Shown here piece after piece: positions 1 through 14,150 of a stretch of 64,000 bases of DNA. The stretch's first letter is position 1, and each line of letters opens with the position of its first letter. Position numbers and translations under genes: made by a program. The notes under the pieces are model-generated. The model saw nothing but the letters and a program-made list of their open reading frames with translations. It was not told the DNA's origin and did no database searches. This stretch comes from Podarcis pityusensis (taxonomy: Eukaryota): assembly GCA_964106645.2 (NCBI GenBank), contig OZ067050.1; one strand, written 5' to 3'.

Positions 1-850
1 GGGCGTAGGAGGAGAAGCAGGAGCATGCGCAGTGCGTCTCGGCGGGCCGAAGGGGTTGCAGCGCTCTTTTGTTTGGCGGAGGTGGAGCGAACGCGGGAGG
101 CCCGTTGTCCAACCGTCGCTCTGTTCTGCTTTGAAACGAGACCGGCTCGCTCCGTGCGCCGCTCGCCTCTCTCCCGCCCGTTTGTTTTTATTTCCCCTCG
201 TGCGTTGTTGGCGGGGCTGAAGAAGGTAAAACGGGCAGCGCGGGGTGGGGGCGCGCGCAGGGGGCCAACATCGCGCGCGCGGGCTGGACGGCCATATTGG
301 GGGGTGCTGAGGGAGGGGGGATATTCCTGGGTGAGCGGGGGCTCCTCTTGGGAAGAGAGGTGCAGTATTTAAAAATGGGGGGCGGGCTTTTCTGGGCAGA
401 AAGGAAATAGGCACAGTGCTTTCTGAGGAGGGAGGCGAAATACGTGAGTTGGGAGTGGAGACGGCTATGGCTCTTCCTAAGTGCGCCTGTGGGTGTGGGG
501 TCCGAAAAGTGGGGGGGGGGAAGGAAGCGCATAATGTGTGGGGGAGCTATTTCAAAAGGGGGAGACGTGGAGTGGACAGGGCAGAAGGAGGGGTGCAATG
601 GGAGGGGGGACCCGCGTACATAAGGTGCGGCATTTGCTGGGGAGCGTGGTTTCATGTGGGAACGGGGAAATCGTGAAGGCGTTGGTAGTAAATAACGGTC
701 GGGGGGGGGCCTTAATGAACGCGTACAGGAATGTGGAGAAAGGTTTCCTGAAAGAAGCTGTAGCGGTATCATAAATAGGGATGTCCAAATACAAGGGCCG
801 GAGGAGGGAGCCTGTGTGTGCGCGCCCGCGCATTTTTAATAGGTGTTCGA
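1..850 (+). promoter_or_regulatory. CpG island / CBX1 promoter and non-coding first-exon region
   Basis: Very CpG/GC-rich start of window about 6 kb upstream of the CBX1 ATG exon; GCATGCGC and GCCATATT (YY1-like) motifs; candidate donors AAG|GTAAAA (~225) and TGG|GTGAGC (~330). Exact exon 1 not determinable. Confidence 0.7.
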
Positions 851-2250
851 GGAAGGTGCTCCAAAGATGACGAAGGGGGTGATGTGTGGAAGAATGGATG
901 TAAAAAATACTAAGGGGGGGATGGTTGCAAGAAGAAGTGTGAGTGCAGTGGGTGGTGAGTGCAGTGGGTATAGGTCCGTCCGTCCTTCCCCGCCCCCGAA
1001 AGTGGGAGGAAATATGCAGAAAAGGGATAATAGGGGTGGGTTTACGTGGAGCTGAGATGGCTAGTTAAGAGGACTTTGTTAGACAGTTAATAAGGGGAGA
1101 TGAAAGTAAAGCTGTAGCGACTTTTTCCAAGGAAGGGGGATCATCTGCCCAAGGTGGTAGTGCTTGTGAAGTTGGTCACTCCTTTAGTGTAACAAGAATA
1201 TTGACTGGGGTGCTGGGATTGAGGCTGTTCCTGTGAAGGAGACAGAAGTGTTTCAGAGTCTGTATTGGAGTGTAGCTGGGCTAAAATGAGGGGGAAACAT
1301 AAATGGATTGTATACAGATTGTGTAATGACTAATGTGGGTAGGAAGGGTGAAATTAAAATTTTAAGGTAGGTAGGTGAGGGTTTTTATAAATTTGCACCT
1401 CCAAACCAGCATAATCATAGTGCAGTATTGGAGGAAGGGGACCATACAGCTAGGCAGTCTTGTATGTAGTGGTGATTAGATAGAAGAAGATAAGAGTAGT
1501 GAGTGGTGAGGGTGTTAATTGACTTGGAAAACAGCCAAAATGATCACTGTTGATTTGAAGAGTGCTAATAGATAACCAAGTCGTGTGGGTGAACAGGTTT
1601 AATATTTAAAAGATAAAAAGAACTGGGGTGTACTGCAGGGAAATAATTAGGAAACTTAAGATATGTGAATTTTAGTCGATGTGGATCTGTTTGTTAGAGT
1701 GAAAGGACTGCATAATGGGGTGCTATTTCGAATGTATCTAGGCAGTGGTATTGTATGATGGCTCACATTGGCAAATAGTGTTGCATTTGATGAGAGAGAT
1801 GTATCTATTTATTACATTTACGCCCCATGCTTCTTCCAAGGAGCTCAGGTTTTGCCCCATTTTTCCCCCTCCCTGTGGTAGGTTAGACTGAGAGGTAGTA
1901 ACTAGCTTAAGATCACATTGTGAGACTTATGACTGTAGAAATGAACTTAGATTTCCCTAATCCCATGTCCAGCATTTTATTCCCTATGCCACCCTGACGT
2001 ATGTTCAAGACACATAAGCATGTAGACCCAAAAATAAGGGCCCTGTGAGATCAGCCTAAAGCCTATCTAGCCCAGTTCCCTTTTCCCACAGTTAAGTAGC
2101 TTAATGCAATATATGTGGGAAGCCAAGAAACACAACATAAGTGCAATAGCCCTCTCCTGTTGCTGTTTGCCAGCAACTGGTATTAAGAGAGAAGCAGTAT
2201 ATAAAGCCTTGCTCAGTTCTTACTTATTTTGCAACTGCTGATAGTAAGTA

Positions 2251-2252
2251 CT

Positions 2253-2292
<40 letters not shown>

Positions 2293-2303
2293 TTTTTCTT
2301 TCT
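2251..2303. repeat. (CTTT)n microsatellite
   Basis: Direct inspection. Confidence 0.95.
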
Positions 2304-2422
2304 TATTCATATTCCTAAAGTGGCTTACAGTGAACTATAAAATATAAAACTAAAATACAAATATCACAACCTTATAAAACACTGTAACACAACCACAAAG
2401 TGGAGAATTAAAGGCTGTAGAT

Positions 2423-2714
2423 GAGGGTGGTCCAACTTTTCATACCAAGTGGGCCGCAAGAGTACTTCAACATAGAACCCTGGGCTGGGTAGGGAAGCAA
2501 GGCCCAAAATTGATGCCCCTGCCCCAGCCATCATGCTGCCTTCCCAAAGTCAGATAAGCGAGGCTCTGGCAGGGTCCAAGAGCCCTCATGCCTCCTTCCC
2601 AAAGCCCAGCACCTAGGTTTTGGGAAGGCAGCTCATGGGCTGCCGGGGGGGGGGGTTAAATGCTGCTGAGAGCCACCCAAAAAGGCCTCAAGGGCCATGT
2701 GTTGGACCGCCCTG
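2423..2714. mobile_element. Old hAT-type MITE
   Basis: Termini AGGGTGGTCCAAC / GTTGGACCGCCCTG; degenerate 8-bp flanks CTGTAGAT / CTCTAGAC. Confidence 0.6.
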
Positions 2715-5512
2715 CTCTAGACATTTCCCTTGATTGAAAAGTATAATTTTTGCTAGCCAGATATATCAGAATTTCCCTACTTTCCTTGCTTAAGGCAAAC
2801 ATGATCTCTTAAAACTAAGTGTCTGATCCTCTTATGCAAGGCTCCTTTTCTTTGTGATGAACAAACTAAATGAAGTTATTTTTCATTCATCATACATCAC
2901 AATAGTTCATTTATTTTACAGCTTGATACCACAGGTGTCATGCATTGGTCCATTGGGGTGTTTTACTATTAAATATCTAGTCACTACTTTATCCCAGTCA
3001 GACTAATTGTACTACCCCATCAAACAACATGGGAACAGCACATAGGAGGATGCATTGGGCTGTTTATAGCTACAATGCTAGAAAGGTGTTTTTAATGGAA
3101 AATACTGAAAAAGCCATTTTGAAGGTAGAAAAGTGATTAGTGTAGAAGCAGTGGGGCTATGCGTAGATGAGTTTCAAAAGTATATAAACTTCAGGCCTTC
3201 TAGGTTGCATTTTTCATTTGCTACTTGATTCATACTTCTCAAGTGTGTTTGCAAGGCTGACTGGAGGACAGAGAGGAGTATATGTAGGAACTAGTGTACT
3301 GTATAGGTAAAGGCAAACTTTGCATCAATAGTTCTGCCAACTTTTCCATCTGGCTTCACGCACCATTGGCATAAGGTCCCTGGAAGATTACCTGGAACGG
3401 AAGGCAGCCCTCCAGCTGAAAGATTAACAAGGCACACTGACGATAACGCCTATTCATGCAGAGGTAGCTTTCGTTTGGGATGTTAGGGGAGGGGTAGTAC
3501 CTATGGTGAATGACATGTCGTGCTCCTAGGGTACTTTGTCCAGCTTTGGGTCCCCACCTGCACTCAGCTCTCCACTGCAGCTCCTAGAAGCTCACAGTAT
3601 GAGACAGCGGCCGCAGCGACCCTCACCTGGTTTAACCAACCAGTCAAAGCCATTTACTGGGGTGTGGCCGCTGTCTCATGCTTTGGAGGTGTGTCAACCT
3701 GGGAAGTTAGCCCATCTAGGAAGACTCTGATCCTACACCTCCAGTGTCTTGTGGGACATCTTTGGGAGAAGAAAAGGCTAAGGAGTAATCCCTACACAAA
3801 TTCAGAGTGGAGTCCCTAAGACAGTTGAATGGCATCTTGTATGTCTCCTTTCGGCAACTTCTGCAGCCAACCTGGTGCCAAATGTATTGCTCTGCTTTCA
3901 TTTGGGACCACATCAGCGAGGCCATGGGGTGGGGTCTTGTCATCTTGGCAGCCCAGGATCTCCGTACACACTGTCTAGGCTTGTGCCGCCAATGCAGCAG
4001 TTTGACTTTGCTGGAGACACTCCTTTGCCTCTCAAGACAATCCACTTTGAGTTTGGCTCAAGGGGCCTATAAAAGGAGCTACACCACTTCTGATCAAAGG
4101 TGGTGGGAATTCTGAGGACTGAACTGAACGAAAATTTAAGGTCAATTGAAACCCTTTTCTCCTCATAATAAAGGAACCAAAGTTAAAGGTTCTGGAATCT
4201 GAATTGTGTTGTATTGGGTAGGGTTGCCAGACAGTGGGAAGCCAAGAAACACAATATTAAATGTCTGGGAAAATCCGGACGTATGGCAACCTGTGTTGGC
4301 TGATGAGTTTTTTGCGATTTACCTTAAAAATAGTTCCCAAATATTCCCCCCCCCCCAAAAAAAAACCCCTCAAACTTTGTGCATGTATGTAGGCATCAGT
4401 GTGGATAACAAAGCAGGTCAAAGTAATTGAAATGGAGCCTGATGAAATCTATATAGCCCACTTTCAATTTCTTAGTCATGGGGTATACAAGATGGAGTCT
4501 GTTTTATAGACCACAGGCACCTTTGAAACATTGTGTGAAACCCATAGAGATCTCACTGAAACGCTTGATAATTGTATTGAAGCCCATGAGGAATATGAAG
4601 TCCCAGTGCTTCCAGGTCATGCTGGTTAAGAATAAAATTCCTTGTACTTGAAGATGCCCAGCTACTCCCCTCCATACCTCAGAGTAAAAAAATGATGTTT
4701 CTTCCCAACTACTTTACTGTTCCTGAGATACACTTCCAAAAATTCTGAGCTTTGGTACTGTATAGGACTAACACCAAGCTGTGCAGATCGCATGTTATTT
4801 CCCTCCTGGTTGGAAGGAGGAAAATGTCTACACAATGTAAACTAGTTTTAATATGGTTTTCTTCCGTAAAAGAATTTTGGAAACAGTGACTTCATGAGTG
4901 TGCCAAGATCCCAGCATTTGTGAGGGAGACAGAACTAGTTTAAGCTTCGTGAAATTGTGTTCTCTAAAAATCTTCCTTCCTCCCCATTCCGCTGCTGTTT
5001 GTGGGTCTCTTTCCCTAGCCAGCCATCCTTCACTGCAAACGAGACCCATTTCCTCTAAAACCTAGCTGTGCTTGACGGCCCCTTTTGCCTATGTTTTATC
5101 AGACCCCGACTGAGACAAGTGCATCCTCCTGCTGAGAGATGCTTTGCCTGCAGAAGCCCAGCATAGCTTTCTTTTTCCGGTAGACTGTAACTTTTCATTT
5201 CCAGAAAAAGCAAGCTGTTTAATCTTCTATGCTTGCTGGGTGCCCTTGTGGTGCCTCCACCACTCATGGATGCCTTCTCTCCCCAGCACTGCCGTGCTTG
5301 CTGTATAGTCACAAACGTAGTCCTGTTGTTTCTGAAAGTGGTGGAGGGAGGATATGGTGGGAATTTTTCCTGCTGCAAGCAGAAAGGCCTGGCCTGAAGA
5401 ACTTCAAAGTTCTGCAGAGACAGAGTGATTCTGTCTCCTGCAGAGCCTGCTCCTTTTGGAAGAAAAATGTTAGTTTTACGGAGCTTCCTACAGTTGGTCC
5501 AAGTGTTCAGTA

Positions 5513-5933
5513 CAGTGGTGCCCCGCAAGACGAATGCCTCGCAAGACGGAAAACCCGCTAGACGAAAGGGTTTTCCGTTTTGGAGGTGCTTCGCAAAACG
5601 AATTTCCTATGGGCTTGCTTCGCAAGACGAAAATGTCTTGCAAGTTCCTGCGGGGTTTTTTTCCTTTTCCCCCCCTTTTTCCCAAGCCGCTAAGCCGCTT
5701 ATCAGCTGATCCGCTAAGCCGCTTATCAGCTGATCCGCTAAGCTGCTTATCAGCTGATCCGCTAAGCCGCTTAACAGCTGATCGCTAAGCCGCTTATCAG
5801 CTGATCCGCTAAGCCGCTAATGCTGTAGCGCTAAGCCGCTAAACCGCTAATGGGCTTGCTTCGCAAGACGAAAAAACCCGCAAGACAAAGAGACTCGCGG
5901 AACGGATTCTTTTCGTCTTGCGAGGCACCACTG
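5513..5933. mobile_element. Tc1/mariner-type MITE with internal 24-bp tandem repeat
   Basis: TIRs CAGTGGTGCCCCGCAAGACGAA / TTCGTCTTGCGAGGCACCACTG; TA target duplications. Confidence 0.92.
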
Positions 5934-6400
5934 TATAGGTTAACACTGTCATAAGTTGCTTGGGCAACAAACAAATCGTAGGTTTGGCAGATGGAACATG
6001 TTGAGCACATTTGTGATTCATATGCCATATTTTAAAGTACCTAGAGTTGGGAAAAGCATTAGTTTTTATGCAATTGCATGTTGAGGCAAGGGGAAAGTCT
6101 TAACATAAATTCCAGAAAAGGAGTCATGTATGTCCTGTTGCAGAAAAAGGCAGAACCTGATTAGCTGTCATAGGAAAGTGTTCACCATGAGGTGCTGCAT
6201 CTACTTTTTAATAATCAGTATATGTGGATAGATGTTGTACAGCAAGGTTTGGGTTTATGTGGGTCCCATTGATATTGATGGGCTTCAGCGTTTCACTGTG
6301 CTTTTGTGACTACATATTGTATCTCTTTTATTTGTGTCACTTTGCAGCTTCTGGAACATTTTTCCTACACTGTACATTTCCCTGTGTATTTTTAGATTAA

Positions 6401-6691
<291 letters not shown>

Positions 6692-7869
6692 TAAGGCTGC
6701 TTTCCCTTTATTTCAGCTTTGCAAACTAATCTTTAAAGGTTAGTAGCCCATAAAATCAGTAGCCTCTTGGTCCACATATACTTGTGGTTAATCTCTTTGC
6801 GCACTGGTGTTGAGAGAGGGGAACATCTCTTCCGGTTTTCAAAGCCTTGCTTGCCTTGTCACCCAGGAGCTGTTTAGAAGCCTTCTTTAGGCCTTTTTTA
6901 TCTTGCTCTAGGCTAGGGTGATGTGCCAGGGCTGCTGAATACCTGCGTCTTAAAAACCAGCCCAGTTTCCCCATCCCATTTCTGGTTAATTCATGGTCTT
7001 GAAATCTTCTTTTGGAATTCTTCCAGATATATGTGGGGATTAATTCTGTTCCTGCAGGAGGAAAAACATGTTTGAGAAACAGGTGTGGTTTTTTCCTTCC
7101 CAAAAGTACTTTCTACCTTGAAAATTCTGTTTGAGGCCCAGTTTGGCAGCAAATGAATGTTTTCACGTGTGTGGATGGCTTGTATGTGTTCAGAGTGCAG
7201 GTCAGCCTCAAACTGATTGTGTGCTTCTGGGCAAATAAGCAGTCCTCAGTTCTGCTGTAAGGGGATGCTTGAGGGGGAAAGTATCTAAGACTGCTAGTTA
7301 TGTGTAGGAGAAAGCAACCATGCCTAAAAGTATTTATCTGCCTGTTTAGTGTTGAAGCTGAAAATCTGATGTGCTTGTAGAGAAGTTGCAATTTCTGCAG
7401 AAGGCTTCCAGGTCTGCACTTACACTTTTTCCTTCTCCTAAATAATGCAAATCTGGGGTCCATCTCATTAAGTCAGCACCCAGTCAAGAATAACAGAGAG
7501 CTGAAAATCTGGTAGCTTTACTCTGCCCTTATCACTCCCTATTCTGCCTTACAGCAGTCCATCAGCTTTAAGTCACATTCTCAAGTTTACAACTTTAGGG
7601 TGTCTTTGCATTTCCAGAAAACCTTTCAGGAATCTCAACCCACCATGTCAGGATTCTAGCAGAAATTGCCTATCATTGCAAAAATCTGTAGATTTTAAGT
7701 CTTCCCCATTCCTATATAAGAGTCATTTTTATAGATTTTGTGCCAAGAATTTACAGGTCCCATAACGAGGGAGATAAATTTCTTAAAGGGGCTATTTTGC
7801 AAAAAACTGTAGTTACAAAATATGGTATTTTGCAGTCCTGTCCAGCTGATAATACTTATATGGTTTCAG

Positions 7870-8047
7870 CGAAGATAACACGTGGGAGCCAGAGGAGAAC
7901 CTCGACTGCCCTGACCTCATTGCGGAGTTCCTGCAATCCCAGAAAACTGCACATGAAAGTGACAAGTCAGAGGGAAGCAAGCGCAAGGCAGAATCTGATT
8001 CAGAGGATAGGGGGGAGGAAAGCAGACCAAAGAAAAAGAAAGAGGAG
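7870..8047 (+). CDS. CBX1: CBX1 coding exon 2 (chromodomain end and hinge)
   Basis: (D)[59 protein letters not shown]; tttcAG acceptor, GAG|GTAAGG donor; 178 nt. Confidence 0.98.
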
Positions 8048-9569
8048 GTAAGGCAGATTCTCTCCATCTGTGGCCCAATGAGGGTTGCTTTATGCTTTGC
8101 AGTTAAAGACAAAAAGGACTGATTGATGTTTCTGAAAGGGTAAAACACTAGCTAACAGCAGTGATCTTTATTGCCTTCTTAAAGTGAGCTACATAACTGT
8201 GTAGTGTAGTGCCTCAGCTGCAAGTGTCTTTGGGAATATGGTTGACATTCATTAGTCTGTGGTACTAGTGGTGTTTCTCACCAGAATCTCTGCCTCCAGC
8301 CCAGTTACCTCCCCATCAGAGAATGTGGCTATGTGTTCTTTCAATTTTGGGGATGCACCTGCTACAGTGGGAAGACTCCATTTGCTGTGTTAGTATGCTG
8401 GAAGCAAAGTGTCATGGTCCTGATTGCACTGGTGCATTTAAAAAGTTGGATCTGGTGACTTGGCTGGTGGTGGGCTTCTGTTTTCTCATGTATTTCTCTT
8501 TGTAGAGTCTGCCCTGTGTCTTGCCTTGCATTCTGTTGAATACAGCCTTTTTTCATTCTGCCTCTAAACTCTTTCTAGCCACATTATCCCTCCTTTTTTC
8601 TTTCAAGACAAGAGACTTCTGATAGTAGTTTTGTGTGGTTAAGTAAAAACAGCCAGACCATTCCAATATTTTTTATGTATGGGTTCTCAAAAGTTCAGTT
8701 CTCTTCCCCACTCCCCATTGTTTGCATTATTTACCCTCTGTCTGTCTGTCTGTCTGTCTGTTTGTTTGTTTGTCCTCCCTTTATTGGTTAATGCTTAGCA
8801 CTTCCATCCCTTTTATATTGTTGCATTTTCCTGTTAGCACACAATTCTTCCTCTTCATTTCTGAATTCTTTAAGTTTTTTCCTGTCTTTGCTTCACACCC
8901 TCCCATTTTCAGCTGTTCCTCTCCAGCTCTTTTCTCCACATCCTCCCTTGGAAACATAACATAATTAAGCTAGGGCTTACCAAAATGTAGCTCTGAAGTC
9001 TTTCAATGCCGGAGCTTTGTTCTGGAATATACTTCATGGTAGTATGAAGAAGTTTCTCAGCAAATTATTTCCAGGAATGGTTGAGCCCAACACCTCTCCT
9101 CAGCCGAGGAAGAAACCAGAATGCAACAAGAGCAGGTTCTCTGCCTCACTAGCATACTCCGATGTCTGTTTCTCCCTCCCTCCCTCCCTGCCAGCTAAGT
9201 TCTTGCTCTAGCAAGCAAGGCAATTGCTTCAGTAGTGCCACACAAATATTTTATGGTAGATTAAAAGTGGGAAAGATTCTGGAAGTTTATGGGTGTGGTC
9301 TTACTTTGTTTGGAATGAGCTGTTTAAAATTGCAGTGCCAAATAAGAAACCCTTTATGTCTTAAAACCTCCTTGTTTAATATGCACTGTAGAGCAGTGCC
9401 ATATTATAAAGAGCTTGAAACTGATTAAACTGGTAGCATGTACCAGAGAAGCTTGAATAATATTTTTGTGAGTATGCTAAGAATTCTTGCTGGAGATCTA
9501 ACACTTTCGCAGATGTAGAATTAATGGGATTCTTAGGAATTGCAGTAGCTCAAACAGCTTTAAAACTAG

Positions 9570-9875
<306 letters not shown>

Positions 9876-10486
9876 TAAGTCTGTTCCTTTGTCTTTTCTC
9901 CCTTGTGCATCCTCCATGAAAGATTAGAATCCAGATGTTGAATTTTTGGGAATACAGCTACTTAATGGTGTGAGTGTCTGTAATGAGATCAGGTGGCAAG
10001 ACCATTGGTTCTCTAACATTTTTAAAAGTTTAGGAGGGGGCTAATTAGCTGCAGAATGCTGTTACTATACAGCCTCATCACTTTGATGACCTCTTGCATT
10101 TTGATCTGCTGCTTTCTAGTTCCTTGCAAGTGATTTATATGAAACTTGGAATCTGCTTTCTCTGTTGTGTAAGGTTCAACTGTCTTTTACTTGCAAGCAT
10201 TCTGAGGTCATAACTGGAAATAACTAGCTTTTGCAACCCATTCCCACAATCCTTCCATGCCTTGAGGAAGGATTGTGTGGATCAGGCAGGTAGATGTATG
10301 CTTATAAATCGTATTTTGCATTATAGGCATCAGGATTTGTGGCCAATGATTCTATGAACTGGCAAGTGTTAAGGTACCTCAGATTTGTATTATCCTTCTG
10401 GACAATAATCTTCGGTGTGCTTATGCATCAGTAGCAAAGCCACGCATTAAATTCACAGTATTATCCAGAGCTTTAAGATCACATGA

Positions 10487-10744
<258 letters not shown>

Positions 10745-11955
10745 CCTGCCTCCCCTTCTGTCCCCATCCTTCCTCTGGCCGACTTTTGTATTAAATCATC
10801 AAACTGTGGGTTTGAACATGAGTGAGAAAGTGAAGAGGCGGCTGTGGAAGATGCTCTCTGTAGAAACCGGACAATTTCTATGCCCGTGACAACATGCTGT
10901 CCCCTTTCTTCCTTTCTCATCATATATACATGAGGAAAGAGGAAAGAATTGGTGAGTTCCCAGCTGTTCTTTGCTTTGGGGGCGGGGTGAAGCAAAAATA
11001 ACTAAAAATAATAGAGTTGGAACAGGCTGCCAAAAGGGATAGCAGGCAGAGGCTGTGTGTTCTTCAGAGACCATCTCTGTGATCTACAGCCTTACTCCCC
11101 AATAGTGTTAATTGCATTTTTACAGATTAGCATGCGTGTAGTTTTTCTTTCTTCCTTTTTGCTATTATCGGTGTATCGTTGGGGTGGGAAGGGAGGGTGC
11201 ATTCTGATTGATTTGGGGAGGGCCAGTTCATGGTATCTGTATCCAGAATTGCAATTCTTACAAAATACATGCCTCCTGCTGCAAGTGGAATTGATGACTC
11301 CTGCGAGGCTGGAGCTTTATGTGTCTAAGTGTTAAAAGTTACAATTTGATTGCAACCATGAATACAGTCACCTTCCAGAATTATTACTGCGGGAATTGGA
11401 AAGGAGGCAACTTCTTCATATTTTGCCCTCTAGTCATAGTGAGGACACTCTGCCCCCAAACCATGTGACAATTTTTTTTAGTATCTCTGCATCTTTTTTC
11501 TTCTAACCAACCAGAAACTGAGGGTTTTTAGCCTCTCTCCCCCCCCCTCTTGTATGTATGTGGCATTTTAGACATCCTTTTAATTAAGGGGAAGGAAAGT
11601 AGGGGTGAAATCTACCCCCTACAGCACAAGGTAGTAGTAGGTTTCAGAATATTCTGTAAACAACTATCTTCTGTTCAGACTTGGGCATTTATGATTGCTT
11701 CCCTTGCTCTAGTCCTACCCATTTCATTTTTAAGCTAACGATACTTTGTTCTTCCAAAGGACAATTTTACCTCTGACATTCAAACACCCCACAAGCCACT
11801 GACCCCCCCCCATTCATCCTTTGTGGGGGGGTATGTACGTAGAAGTGTACAAACCTTTTTTTAAAAAAACAAAGCATGTTTAGGTTTCTGTGAAAATGTT
11901 GTCTAAAACTCAAGTGTTTGGATTTTAACTTCATACTGAACTGTCTTTTTGTCTC

Positions 11956-11961
11956 AATAAA
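11956..11961 (+). terminator. Likely CBX1 polyadenylation signal AATAAA
   Basis: AATAAA about 1.2 kb after the stop, with U-rich sequence upstream and downstream. Confidence 0.65.
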
Positions 11962-12243
11962 ACTTTAGATTTATAGTCCTGCTCTTTTTCTTCTTCATCT
12001 GGTCAAGGCCTTCCTTGAAAATATTCTACAACTCGAAGTACTGACTTGCAACTAGAAAATATTGTAGGAATAAGTGATATGCTGAACTGAGAAGTATTGC
12101 AGGGGAAATGCAGTATGTTATATTCCCTCAGTCATTGTAGGGTCACCAAATTGAGCATTACCTTTTATCACAACACAGGGCTACCAACAAAAGTGCAGAA
12201 AATTAAAGACACCAAACAAATCCTCAAATAGTGAATAAGCCAT

Positions 12244-12249
12244 TTTATT
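12244..12249 (-). terminator. Likely NFE2L1 polyadenylation signal AATAAA
   Basis: TTTATT on + at the end of a ~1.9 kb 3' UTR; G/U-rich sequence follows on the - strand. Confidence 0.6.
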
Positions 12250-14150
12250 TTTGTCCTGTGCTCATACGCTCTCGCTCCTCTCCCCAACAGGTCATAGAAA
12301 CCATTCAAAATAAAACCTCTACAGAAAAAAATAAATTAACACATGCACACATCAGGGCTCTATCCTCCAGCAACCCAGCCACAGTTCCAACACATTTTGT
12401 GCTTCAAGTTTCATGCTGTCAAATCACAGAAGCCTGAGAGGTGGGAGAGACTCACTGATAGTTTACTTCCCCTCTCACCTTTTATATTTTCCTTGTAAAG
12501 AAATCATGGCCTTGAGAAAAACAAGATCATATAGAACATATGGCTGCAGAAGTTGCCTCTATTACATACAGTGCTTCATACCCCCACAGTTCTCTGGAGG
12601 ATGCCCATTTCAGTGCTACGTCCTCACACGCCATCACATACACAGGACTGACTGGGGAAAACCAAAGCCATTTAGCTCATCAGATGCTGGTAAAGTCAAT
12701 AATACTCCCAGCTGTGCTATACTGCAAATTAAACAGCTTCGAGGATTGCCTCGGAGCTTGAGGCCAGCTGTGTTCAAGGCACTACCCTCACCCTTTGCCT
12801 TATTTTTTTTAAGGAGGGGGAAAGGGGGAAGTTGGAATGACACCACCCAAGGACAGAAAAGAAACCAGCTGTGGAATCACAGTTTAACACACCGAGTCTT
12901 AATGGCAGAAATACCTTTCAGCAGCTTTGATGATCTGGGGGAAAACATCTCCCTTCTCTCCTTCCTGCATACCACAAATCCATTTTACAGCCCTTTGGGA
13001 ATGGGGAAACACAGGCGCACATAAGTCCTACAGAAATAAATTAAAACCAAAGTGCCCATTAAGAAAGGGGCTTGCTATAGATGGCTATTTGCTCTACACA
13101 ACATGCCCACTTTATGGGGGTAAAACCCATTGTGCTGTAGACCAAGTGGTGATCACACACCAGACCCCTCCACCTTGCAGCCTCCGCTAAATGAAAGTGC
13201 AGCCTTCACACCTGGCCCTCACACCCCCTTTTGTCCACAAAATGAATCTCTTCAAGCCAAATCAGTGAGAAATGTCAGCATTGTAGCATGCAGTTACCAT
13301 GCGCCATCTTGTAATGTACCTTGATGGTAGCCCAGTATAACACTGGATCCTCACTGTGGGCAGTGACATGCTTAGTGAGTTTTGAATGGAAGAGAGGGGC
13401 GGTGGAAAGATGCATCACCATAGTAATTCTATTAACCCTTTCCACTCTCACCATTCCAACCTTTATGGCAGATTAACTCAAAGTCCACCCAAAAGGCTGT
13501 ACTCGGTAACTCCTTGCGTGGAGATCTCTCCATTCCCCCGAGCTGAAAAGGGTTAAGAAAAATCACCCTTCTCCCCTAAACAAACACAACTTAATGTGTT
13601 CCACCTGCACTTACATATACATACAGATGTAGGAAAGGATGGCGGCTATGTCATGGGATTCAGTCATGTTGTCAAATCGCGCACAACTGATGCCAAAACT
13701 GGTTCGAAAAAAACAAAACCAGCTATCTGAAATATCGAAGTTTGAAGGCGGGAGGGACTTTAAGCCTGCTCAGTCTGTCCACTTAACCTTTTTTTCCTTA
13801 AAAAAAATATCCAGCTTTAACAATTCAGATTTTCTATCCTCTGCCAAGACTCACCCCCCTCCCCACACACATTATGCCAGCTTGTCCCCCCTCCCTCAAC
13901 GTTCAATAATGGGTTCCAGGCTGCTGGGGGCACAGGTCTTTCCCTACATGCTTTGCCATTCTGCCTCTCAAGACTTGTAGGCCCCCGCCCAGCAGTCTGT
14001 TCCTATACACTGACTGGCAGCTATCATGGTTTGAGAAGATATATTGGATAAGAAGGCGTGAAAGTTCCTTCAAATTCTTCGGGGCTCAGCCCTTTCTCCA
14101 GGATGCAGTTTCTGCAAGTTTTGCACTCTCCTGCCAACATTCATCACCTC

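Noticed and set aside
25-833. Overlapping ORFs up to 194 aa
   Set aside because: Stop-poor CpG-island sequence, low-complexity products
3300-4110. ORFs in CBX1 intron 1
   Set aside because: Probably an old interspersed repeat (RTE-like 5' region); boundaries and family could not be supported
5684-5850. CRISPR-like array
   Set aside because: Head-to-tail tandem repeat with no unique spacers, inside a eukaryotic MITE
12413-13024. 203-aa + strand ORF
   Set aside because: Antisense to the NFE2L1 3' UTR, no recognisable domain or splice structure; treated as chance
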